From: a virus
Taxonomy: Duplodnaviria > Caudoviricetes
Direction: 5' to 3' (one strand)
DNA: 53,813 nucleotides
IMG/VR virus record: IMGVR_UViG_3300032309_000894
Span: 1-53,813 of that record
Position 1 is the first letter of the stretch. Every line of letters begins with the position of its first letter. A program made the translations under genes and the position numbers. Below the pieces are notes generated by a model, which did no database searches, had not been told where the DNA came from, and saw only the letters and a list, made by a program, of their open reading frames with translations. Shown in pieces: positions 19,895 to 27,152 of this stretch.

Positions 19895-20662
19895 TTATGT
19901 GTTTGATTTTGAGGAAGTTTCGCATAACACACCGCAATCTGGCATTGATTTCAAACGCCGACCCTTTGTAGTCTCGGGTAGTTCGTCAAGAAAAATTCGC
20001 TTTCCTGCATGTCGAACAAGTTTGGCACCGAGTTCACGGGACAACTTGGCACGCGCTTCAAATGTTTCAGGGTCGGTCGATCTGACCAAATTCCAATAGG
20101 TTGGGCTTGTGGCTTTCACGCAACCCGAGCAGTTGGCGTTGGGAAAACCAACCTTGTATGACCACGGCAGATCAATGCCCGCTTCACGAATTGTGCGAAA
20201 ACAATCTTCTCGGGATATTGCCAGATCAATCAGCACGGGCAGTGTGTTGGGTGCGTCTGTAAACACAATTCTATCGTGGCGATGTTTTTCCTCTGACGTG
20301 AACCCAAACACATGCCATTCAGGTTGATATGTTGCCTCCCATTCAAAGCGGGCACCCTTCTTCAGCAGTCCCGTGCAAGGCGCGCCTTTTGGCCCGCTCA
20401 TGAATGAACGCTGCCGCCAAACTTTATCGGCAGAAGTGTGACCCAAGTCAGAATTTGTCACGTTCTCAATAGGGTGTCTCAGCCAGTCGGAAACATCTTT
20501 TAGAAATCTCCGGTTATCGGCGGGCTCCTCATCAACCATGTTGTTCAAAATTCTCACGTCACACGTCGAGCCGTAAAGCTCCAAAGTCTTTTTTGCGGCC
20601 ACCGCAGACGGTGCCCCGCATGAGAACCATACGGCGATCATATCGTTTTGCTTGGGTGTCAT
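19895..20662 (-). CDS. PAPS reductase-family (PP-loop) protein
   Basis: WFSCGAPS, PCT..LK, NANCSGCVK, C-terminal CGVLC. Confidence 0.7.
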   Translation of the reverse strand: MTPKQNDMIAVWFSCGAPSAVAAKKTLELYGSTCDVRILNNMVDEEPADNRRFLKDVSDWLRHPIENVTNSDLGHTSADKVWRQRSFMSGPKGAPCTGLLKKGARFEWEATYQPEWHVFGFTSEEKHRHDRIVFTDAPNTLPVLIDLAISREDCFRTIREAGIDLPWSYKVGFPNANCSGCVKATSPTYWNLVRSTDPETFEARAKLSRELGAKLVRHAGKRIFLDELPETTKGRRLKSMPDCGVLCETSSKSNT

Positions 20663-20665
20663 TTT

Positions 20666-20941
20666 TTATGCTCCCATTTTGGCTTTTACGCGCAGGGTCG
20701 TGACGACCGTCTGGCGCGTGCATTCAACGACCTGATCAGGCGTCAGGTATTTCTGGGCAATCTTGGCATCGAAATTGCTGCGCTCGCTGAGAGCGATCAG
20801 CACGTCAGCATAATCGCCCGTGACGCGCTCGAGGCCGGTCGAGATGATCTGCTCGCGCAGCGCCTTGACCTGGGCCTCGATCTCTTTGAGGCGCTCGCTC
20901 AGCGTGCAGTAGCGGTCAGCGAGGGAAAGATTATCAAGCAT
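20666..20941 (-). CDS. Hypothetical coiled-coil protein
   Basis: ORF with GGAG RBS behind a repeated leader. Confidence 0.6.
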   Translation of the reverse strand: MLDNLSLADRYCTLSERLKEIEAQVKALREQIISTGLERVTGDYADVLIALSERSNFDAKIAQKYLTPDQVVECTRQTVVTTLRVKAKMGA

Positions 20942-21036
20942 TTTAGGTCTCCGAGTTATGAGTTATCCGGGCGTGTGCCCTGAGACGTCTTTTATAATCC
21001 CAGCACACGGCGCGCAATAGAATTTTTCAAAAATTA
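20942..21036 (-). promoter_or_regulatory. Early-type promoter/leader, copy C
   Basis: AT tract, TTGCGC...TATAAA, GGGC-acac-GCCC hairpin, ATAACTC x2. Confidence 0.55.
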
Positions 21037-21258
21037 TTCAGTCTCTGGCATCAATAGGCCACCCACGGCGAGATGCAGGCCCAGCGCCACGGCAGAGGAT
21101 GCAGGCACGCTGGCATAACCCACCTGGGCCTCGGTCTCGTATACGAGCAGCAGCACGGACGGATCGCGTGACAGCACCTCTTCCAATGCCTTGCGGGCAA
21201 ATGCGCCAATGGCGCAATCGTCGGGGTCAATGCGTTCGATTTTTGCCGATTTCTTCAT
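21034..21258 (-). CDS. Hypothetical protein
   Basis: ATGA-coupled ORF. Confidence 0.5.
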   Translation of the reverse strand: MKKSAKIERIDPDDCAIGAFARKALEEVLSRDPSVLLLVYETEAQVGYASVPASSAVALGLHLAVGGLLMPETE

Positions 21259-22265
21259 GCTGATCTTCCTGCTTGCACGCGCACTCGGTGCTTACCAGCT
21301 ATTTCCTGGCCCCGAAACCAAGCTATTCCATTTTTGATTTCACACAATTCCGGCAGCATGAGTTCCCCATTTCGGAACGTGAGAACGGCAAAACCGGGCG
21401 TCCAGAGGCGCATGTTACCCTGCATGTAGCCAAAACATGGCCATGCCGGATCGGCCAACATACCGCATTGCACGCCATATCTGCGGCCTCGCATGTCAAC
21501 CATCGGTTTATACTCAAGGCAATGTGTATCACCCGACACAAACGACACACCCGATTTGAGTGCGTTGTTCCATGCCGCATGAATGCCACCATGAAACCGG
21601 TGCATGACCACTGAATCATTCAAATCTAGCCGGTGACACATCTGCCAGTCAGGAAATTGCCCAGCAAAATCAAACCCTTCGACACCCTCAAACATGGCAG
21701 CATTCAGCGCCAGAAATTTGTCGAATCTATCGTCGTGATTGCCTCGCACCCACCAGCGCAGGGCTCGAGGCGCGCATCCCATGATATCATCGAGGTGCTG
21801 TTTAGCGGCTTCCAATTCGTCTTTGACCCGGATGCGTTTGTTCCATCCGATTGGGTCATGCCTGCTGGGCTCGCCCATATCCACTAGGTCACCCACGCTC
21901 AGAAGGATGTCGGGCTTGATGGCTGGGATTGCTCGCAGCAGTGCTTCGTGGGCGAGGCTGCGGGGCTGGTGCAGGCTGGTCCAATGGGCATCGCTAAATG
22001 CCACGACGGTTGCATTGGGGTGCCTCACCCGCTCGGTCAGTTCGCATTCCGGCGGATTGTCAGGATCGTATGCCACGGCTTGCCGGTGCATTTTTCGCAC
22101 GTCCGGCTTGTGGAAACGGCTAAGCGCAGCCTCGTACTGATTCGCTGCCGTTTTGTTGGACATCGGCGGGTTAAAAGATCGCGCCGCTGCGGTGACATTT
22201 CCGTGGATGGCGACGGCGGTATAGACCGCCTCGATGTCGGTCCATTTATACGCGGGCTGCGCCAT
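21255..22265 (-). CDS. Calcineurin-like metallophosphoesterase
   Basis: SDAH, GDLVD, GNHD, H, GDTH motifs. Confidence 0.85.
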   Translation of the reverse strand: MAQPAYKWTDIEAVYTAVAIHGNVTAAARSFNPPMSNKTAANQYEAALSRFHKPDVRKMHRQAVAYDPDNPPECELTERVRHPNATVVAFSDAHWTSLHQPRSLAHEALLRAIPAIKPDILLSVGDLVDMGEPSRHDPIGWNKRIRVKDELEAAKQHLDDIMGCAPRALRWWVRGNHDDRFDKFLALNAAMFEGVEGFDFAGQFPDWQMCHRLDLNDSVVMHRFHGGIHAAWNNALKSGVSFVSGDTHCLEYKPMVDMRGRRYGVQCGMLADPAWPCFGYMQGNMRLWTPGFAVLTFRNGELMLPELCEIKNGIAWFRGQEIAGKHRVRVQAGRSA

Positions 22266-22360
22266 AGGGCTGGAACCTCCGGTCAGAAACGCGTCGTCAA
22301 GACGCGTCTCTGTGGATAACCATCAATTCTCAAAAAATCTAGTCCAACATCATATTATCG

Positions 22361-22672
22361 TTATGCGTCATCCTCGGTGTTGAGTTCGGCAATCGCGGCA
22401 AGCTCTTGCACGAGGGCGCTCGCTTCAATCCGTAGCGCGCTGGCAAGGTAGTGCTTGGCAAGCGTCTCGCGCCCATACGCCATGTGCTCGGCGGCGATGG
22501 CCTGCAACATCAGAGAAACATGGGCATCCAGGGCATCGGGGATGCCCGGGTGGCAGTGGCTCGCGCGGGCGATGTCCATCGCCAGTGCGCTGGCTTGATC
22601 GCGCACTGCCTCAGCGAATTTGAGGTATTGGGCATTGACCGGCGGGGCAATCATTTTTTTAAAGATGCTCAT
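22361..22672 (-). CDS. Hypothetical protein
   Basis: ATGA-coupled ORF with AAGGAG RBS. Confidence 0.5.
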   Translation of the reverse strand: MSIFKKMIAPPVNAQYLKFAEAVRDQASALAMDIARASHCHPGIPDALDAHVSLMLQAIAAEHMAYGRETLAKHYLASALRIEASALVQELAAIAELNTEDDA

Positions 22673-22881
22673 GACATGAACTCCTTCGCGACCATTGCGA
22701 CATATTGCACGTCATGCCGGGCACTGTCGTCGTCGCCCTGAGAGCGGTGCGTCAGGTACTCGGCCACTGTCAACATGACCTCGCGGGCCACTTCCGGGTT
22801 GGCGTGCGTTTTGCGGGCAATAGCTTTGACTTGGGCGGCCATCTCGAGGTCAACGAGGTGCATAGGTGTGGGCTTATCCAT
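22669..22881 (-). CDS. Hypothetical protein
   Basis: Start re-called at MDKPTP with AAGGA RBS. Confidence 0.5.
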   Translation of the reverse strand: MDKPTPMHLVDLEMAAQVKAIARKTHANPEVAREVMLTVAEYLTHRSQGDDDSARHDVQYVAMVAKEFMS

Positions 22882-23182
22882 TGTTTTCTTCCTTTGTGGT
22901 TGCGAGGTATGTGGCTTTGCCGCCCGCGCCCAGGCGGCTTTTGCGGCAAAATTGGATGGGTCCGACAAACGCGCATTTGATTTGCAGATTGCGCATTAGC
23001 GTCATTGTCGTGACGCGCCACGTCCGGGGGCGCTCGGTTTTGCTCAAGTAAATGGCATTGGCGATAGCCTCGACCGGCACCTCCTCGCCGCAGTGTTTGG
23101 CGAGGTAGCGCACCGCACGATCCTCGTGCGGCGTGAAGAGTAGGTGCAGCTTGAGCGGTTCGCTCTGCATCATGTCGGTCAT
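22874..23182 (-). CDS. Hypothetical, possibly winged-helix protein
   Basis: ATGA-coupled; LFTPHE...L...GEEV..EAI pattern. Confidence 0.45.
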   Translation of the reverse strand: MTDMMQSEPLKLHLLFTPHEDRAVRYLAKHCGEEVPVEAIANAIYLSKTERPRTWRVTTMTLMRNLQIKCAFVGPIQFCRKSRLGAGGKATYLATTKEENNG

Positions 23183-23784
23183 TCTGCGCGAGGCTTCCAT
23201 GCTGTCCACACAGGTGTGTGTGCGGTGTCGATCCCGTCACGCCTAGGCATCAGCACACCAATACCAGGCACGGCATCGCCAAACGCCACCCATGCCGGGT
23301 TAGGACCATCGGGTATGATAGAGCACTGCGAACCATAGACTGACGCGATTTTACCAAAGTCAGACACATGATCCGGGTTGAAATGCGCCCATGCACCGAC
23401 CTGGCTGTGCTTTGGCAGCACGCGCCGCCACAATGGAAAGCTCCCATCGATCGGCTTAAACACATAGGCATCACCGAAATAGTCGATGCGCCATTCGTCA
23501 CCGGATTGCGTTATCGTGCCGTGTGTGATGCGCTTGTTTAGCTTGATGCGCTTCAGGGTATCGGCAGGAACAATGATCTCCTTCGCGCCTGGCACGGTAT
23601 ACCCGTCCATTTTGCTCGACCATTCGTCGGTCGCAGCTATGGCGACCATGCGATGCCCATCTGTGGCAATTGCCAGCACGCCGCCGTCACTGATTTCGAG
23701 GCACACCCCTTTCAGGTAATAGCGGGTTTCATCGGTGCTCATGGCAAATGAGCAGGCTTTCAAAGCGCGAATATCAATTTCCAT
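23179..23784 (-). CDS. DNA polymerase III beta-clamp-like protein (short)
   Basis: STDETRYYLKGV, ATDGHRM, IDGSFPLWRRVLP; start re-called at MEIDIR. Confidence 0.75.
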   Translation of the reverse strand: MEIDIRALKACSFAMSTDETRYYLKGVCLEISDGGVLAIATDGHRMVAIAATDEWSSKMDGYTVPGAKEIIVPADTLKRIKLNKRITHGTITQSGDEWRIDYFGDAYVFKPIDGSFPLWRRVLPKHSQVGAWAHFNPDHVSDFGKIASVYGSQCSIIPDGPNPAWVAFGDAVPGIGVLMPRRDGIDTAHTPVWTAWKPRAE

Positions 23785-23795
23785 TGTCGTGTCCT

Positions 23796-24143
23796 TTATC
23801 GGTTGCTGAGTTGCATGGTGGCATCTGCCGCGATGTGCGGCGACGGTGCGGGGTAGAGGGGTTTGCGCTCGTAGGGTTTGCGGGCAGGCTGCCACGGCGG
23901 AGCCTCGGCAATCTCGTGCATGTGCCAGCGCCAAACCATGCTGGCAGCAATGCGGTCTAGGCTCTCCGTAGACGCATCAGGGTGCTGCTTGCGCAGCTTC
24001 TTGATGCGCTTGGCTACCTCGATGTCGCACCACTGCTGGGGCCCCTCCTGCAACGCCTGACGGGTCAGGGGCGGCAGGGCGTCATAAGCATCCCACCGGG
24101 CATTCGGCTTGTGGCGGGTGAAGCGGGTGCGTCCGTTGCTCAT
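23796..24143 (-). CDS. Hypothetical early protein
   Basis: AYDALPP.TR.AL motif; ATGA-coupled. Confidence 0.55.
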   Translation of the reverse strand: MSNGRTRFTRHKPNARWDAYDALPPLTRQALQEGPQQWCDIEVAKRIKKLRKQHPDASTESLDRIAASMVWRWHMHEIAEAPPWQPARKPYERKPLYPAPSPHIAADATMQLSNR

Positions 24144-24499
24144 TGTGCGCGTCCTTGCTGGATGAGGGCGTTCAACGCTGCAATACCGCGCTGGAATACG
24201 GCATCGCTACGGGCATCGTCGATCCGCGTATTGATTTCGCAGTTTGTGACGAACGTGTCGATCCGGCCACGCAGCGGTGCCAGCGCGGCTTCGAGGGTGG
24301 CAGCAACCTCGGCCACCAGCTCGTCACCACCGCAGCCACCGGCGATGTCGGCGTGCTGGTCCCAGACGTCAGTGAGCAGGCTGCACAGGCTCTCCAGGCG
24401 CTGCGCGGCGGCGACAAAACGCTCGGCGGGCGTCTCGTCGTGCTCGGCAGCGTAGGGGCTGGCAGGGTGGTTCATGCGGAAATTGTCGGGATAGGGCAT
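24140..24499 (-). CDS. Hypothetical early protein
   Basis: GGAG RBS behind leader copy B. Confidence 0.6.
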   Translation of the reverse strand: MPYPDNFRMNHPASPYAAEHDETPAERFVAAAQRLESLCSLLTDVWDQHADIAGGCGGDELVAEVAATLEAALAPLRGRIDTFVTNCEINTRIDDARSDAVFQRGIAALNALIQQGRAQ

Positions 24500-24605
24500 C
24501 GAAATTCTCCAGTTATTGAGTTATCGGCGTCATTGCCTGGAACCGGTGTAGACCCCGGCTCCGAAAAAGAAAAGAGCCTTTTACGAATTTCGTAAAAATT
24601 ATTTT
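24500..24605 (-). promoter_or_regulatory. Early-type promoter/leader, copy B
   Basis: Degenerate repeat of 25310-25410. Confidence 0.6.
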
Positions 24606-24823
24606 TGGCTCCGGCTCGGGCAGTGCGGTGCCCGACGCGGGGGGCCTTCGGGCAGGCCCAGCACATCCCACTCCCTGGTGGGGCGGACGTAAGCGACGCG
24701 GCCCCCGCGCTCGATCCCATCGGCCATGGTGTTAGCCTCCTCGAGGGTGGCGACAGGCGAGCAGCGGTGCCACTCCCCCATCTCGGTGCCGCCCGTGTAG
24801 TAGACGACGGTGTAGCTGGTCAT
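24599..24823 (-). CDS. Hypothetical early protein
   Basis: AAGGAGG RBS. Confidence 0.55.
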   Translation of the reverse strand: MTSYTVVYYTGGTEMGEWHRCSPVATLEEANTMADGIERGGRVAYVRPTREWDVLGLPEGPPRRAPHCPSRSQK

Positions 24824-24826
24824 CGC

Positions 24827-25033
24827 TCAGGCCTCCTTCCTGATGGCGGTGGCCATGGCTCGTTCGAGGCGTGCGATCACAGCGTGTGAGGTGACCCGCC
24901 GCTTGTTGTGACCCGTAAGCCAGAGACCCTCGGGGCTGAACCAGTAAGTCGAGCCCTTGCTGTTCCGCAGCCATAGCAATCCATCTTCCATCCTGCGGTT
25001 GCTGCTGACAAACCAGCGGGTTTTCTTGATCAT
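24827..25033 (-). CDS. Hypothetical early protein
   Basis: GGAGG RBS. Confidence 0.55.
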   Translation of the reverse strand: MIKKTRWFVSSNRRMEDGLLWLRNSKGSTYWFSPEGLWLTGHNKRRVTSHAVIARLERAMATAIRKEA

Positions 25034-25036
25034 GGC

Positions 25037-25309
25037 TCAGGCCTCCGCTTGCAGGGTGGCGACGAGTGCCTCGGCTTCGCGCTGGGCACGAGCATAGGCG
25101 CACTTGTCCGACTTGCCGACGCTGACCGCGCCGCTGCGCCAGACGATCCGGCGCACGCCACGGGCGCGCTCCGAGATCATGGCAGGGCGGGTGCCGGGCT
25201 CAATCTCGAGCACCGCGACATTGCGGTAGCGGCCAAACTGGCGGGCCTTGCCAGCAACCTTGGCGGTGCTGGTCATGACGATAAATTCGCTGGGGGTGGT
25301 GTTGGTCAT
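25037..25309 (-). CDS. Hypothetical early protein (first gene of the minus arm)
   Basis: AAAGGA RBS behind leader copy A. Confidence 0.6.
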   Translation of the reverse strand: MTNTTPSEFIVMTSTAKVAGKARQFGRYRNVAVLEIEPGTRPAMISERARGVRRIVWRSGAVSVGKSDKCAYARAQREAEALVATLQAEA

Positions 25310-25410
25310 CTGAGTTATCCTTTCTGAGTGGCGTCGTTGCCTGAAACCTCTTTACCGGCAGGCGATAAAAAAGAAAATAGCCTTTCGACGAATTTCGAAA
25401 AAAAAATTAT
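25310..25410 (-). promoter_or_regulatory. Early-type promoter/leader, copy A
   Basis: Shares CGAAATTCGT, AAAGGCTnTTTTCTTTTT, GGTTnCAGGCAAnGACGCC and ATAACTC with copy B. Confidence 0.6.
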
Positions 25411-25417
25411 ATGAATT

Positions 25418-25776
25418 TCGAAAGCCCGGGTGAACGCCCGGTTCCGGGCTTTCGATCCGGGCGTTCGACCGCAGCACTTACGACGCGGGTTGCTGGAGGC
25501 GGTCCTGGCACTCGCCAGACCGCCGCAGGCAACGAAGTGTCTAGGACGTCAGTCACAAAATTATATGAAATTCGAAAGCCCGGCTTTTTGGTTTTCCTTT
25601 AGGCCGGGCGTTCAAATCCGGGCTTTCGATTTGGGTATATAGTCATAAATTTTTGAGGGGGCGTTTGGAGCGCAAAATCGCTTGAAAATGAGCCCTGCGG
25701 TGCCCGGTTTGGGGGCCGGTTTAGGGTTCCGGCGGGGCGAAAGCCCGGATTACAAACTAGCAATCCGGGCTTTCGA
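25418..25776. repeat. Nine copies of CCGGGC(T/G)TTCGA in both orientations
   Basis: Copies start at 25418, 25431, 25444, 25457, 25572, 25604, 25618, 25738 and 25765 (some with one mismatch). Confidence 0.9.
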
Positions 25777-25897
25777 TTGCATGAATTTGATGGGTGTTCT
25801 GTAAACCGAAACGCCGCCCACCGGGGGGTGGACGGCGCTGCCGGGGAGCTGTCATTGCCGGACACCATGTCCGACGCGATGAGGCTATCATCTGCGC

Positions 25898-25927
25898 TTG
25901 AAGGATTGCAAGGGCTCGCGATATGAT
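25898..25927 (+). promoter_or_regulatory. Sigma70-like promoter for terS, possibly leaderless
   Basis: cTTGAAG-N18-TATGAT, 5 nt before the ATG; no clear SD. Confidence 0.45.
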
Positions 25928-25932
25928 GGGGC

Positions 25933-26445
25933 ATGCCAGATATTAAAACGATAACGCGACGAACTGCGGGGGCTCAGCCTGTTGCTCAAAGCAGCGCGGG
26001 GCGGCCCACGAACTATTCTGAGTCTTTGGCTGATCAAATTGTAAACCGCATGATCGACGGTGAGAGTATGGTCGCCATTTGCCGTGATCCGAGCATGCCT
26101 TCGCGTTCAACGGTTTATGATTGGTTTGACGCTCACGCTGATTTCCGGGCACGGTGCGCGCGTGCGCGCGAGGGGCTGGCTGATTATTTGGTCGATGAAA
26201 TCGAGCAGATGGCGAACGACACCAATGAGGACAATCACCAGTCCATGAAGGTGAAGATTGCAACAGCGCAGTGGCGGGCGATGAAGATAGCTCCCAGGCT
26301 GTACGGTGATCGCAGCCGCACCGAGATCACCGGGGCGGATGGTGGCCCTGTTTCGGTTGCTGCTGTCGATCTGCGGAACCTGAGCGATGCTGATCTGGCA
26401 AGCATGCAGATGCTGATGGCTAAGGCCTTGGGGTCAAAAACGTGA
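25933..26445 (+). CDS. terS: Terminase small subunit
   Basis: GRPTNYS...GESMVAIC..MPSRSTVYDW HTH, PRLYGD, EITGADGGP. Confidence 0.9.
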   Translation: MPDIKTITRRTAGAQPVAQSSAGRPTNYSESLADQIVNRMIDGESMVAICRDPSMPSRSTVYDWFDAHADFRARCARAREGLADYLVDEIEQMANDTNEDNHQSMKVKIATAQWRAMKIAPRLYGDRSRTEITGADGGPVSVAAVDLRNLSDADLASMQMLMAKALGSKT

Positions 26446-27152
26446 CGCAACCATATGTTTATCGTTTGGAAGATAAAGAAACCGGTAAATTTTACATAGG
26501 TTGCCGGTTTGCAAAAAAATGCTCGCCAAAAGATTTGGGAGTTACTTATTTTACAAGTAGTAAAATTGTAGCGCCATTATTTAAAGAAAACCCGCAGAGA
26601 TTTAATTGTTTTATTGTTGTAACTGGCGATCAAAATTATGTTATAAATGTTGAAAAAACTATGTTAGATTTTCATAACGCTGTTATTTCTGATAAATATT
26701 ATAATCGCACAAGTGGGCGCGCAATTCACCCTGATGACAGGCTTGCCGGTGCTTATAAAGAACACGCCAAGCGATCTCCAGAATTGTACGCCAGAATTGT
26801 ACATAAGATGCGTTCAAAAACAACTCGTGAGGATTGCGTTAAAGGCGCAAAAAATGCTTATGAGAAAATGACGCCAGACGAACGCATTGCCAAAATGGCG
26901 ATGATGCGCGGCAATAAAACTGAAGATTCAATTGCGCGGGTGAGACTTGCCTCTATTCAACGAGCCAAAGAAAATCCGCAAAGAATGTCGGAAATGGGCC
27001 GGATTGGTGGTAAAGTCGGCGGGCCGATTGGTTGCAAAAAGACAAATGTTCAATTGTGGCGTTGCCTTGAATGTGGAATGTTGAGTAAGCCTGGCCCTAT
27101 TGGGAAACACCAATCTCGCAGTGGCCATGTTGGAAAAGAACGAGTCGAATGA
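26442..27152 (+). CDS. GIY-YIG homing endonuclease (free-standing)
   Basis: YVY-x10-YIG, YFTSS, E, YN; AT-rich; overlaps both neighbours by 4 nt. Confidence 0.8.
   Translation: MTQPYVYRLEDKETGKFYIGCRFAKKCSPKDLGVTYFTSSKIVAPLFKENPQRFNCFIVVTGDQNYVINVEKTMLDFHNAVISDKYYNRTSGRAIHPDDRLAGAYKEHAKRSPELYARIVHKMRSKTTREDCVKGAKNAYEKMTPDERIAKMAMMRGNKTEDSIARVRLASIQRAKENPQRMSEMGRIGGKVGGPIGCKKTNVQLWRCLECGMLSKPGPIGKHQSRSGHVGKERVE

Noticed and set aside
22311-22319. Perfect DnaA box TGTGGATAA in an intergenic gap
   Set aside because: Only one copy noticed; a single 9-mer in 54 kb is compatible with chance
25411-25934. Short ORFs in the divergent region
   Set aside because: They translate the 12-mer repeat array and show no RBS or recognisable motifs
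26442-27152. Group I intron or intein in terminase
   Set aside because: terS and terL are each intact and directly overlap the nuclease ORF, leaving no room for intron RNA
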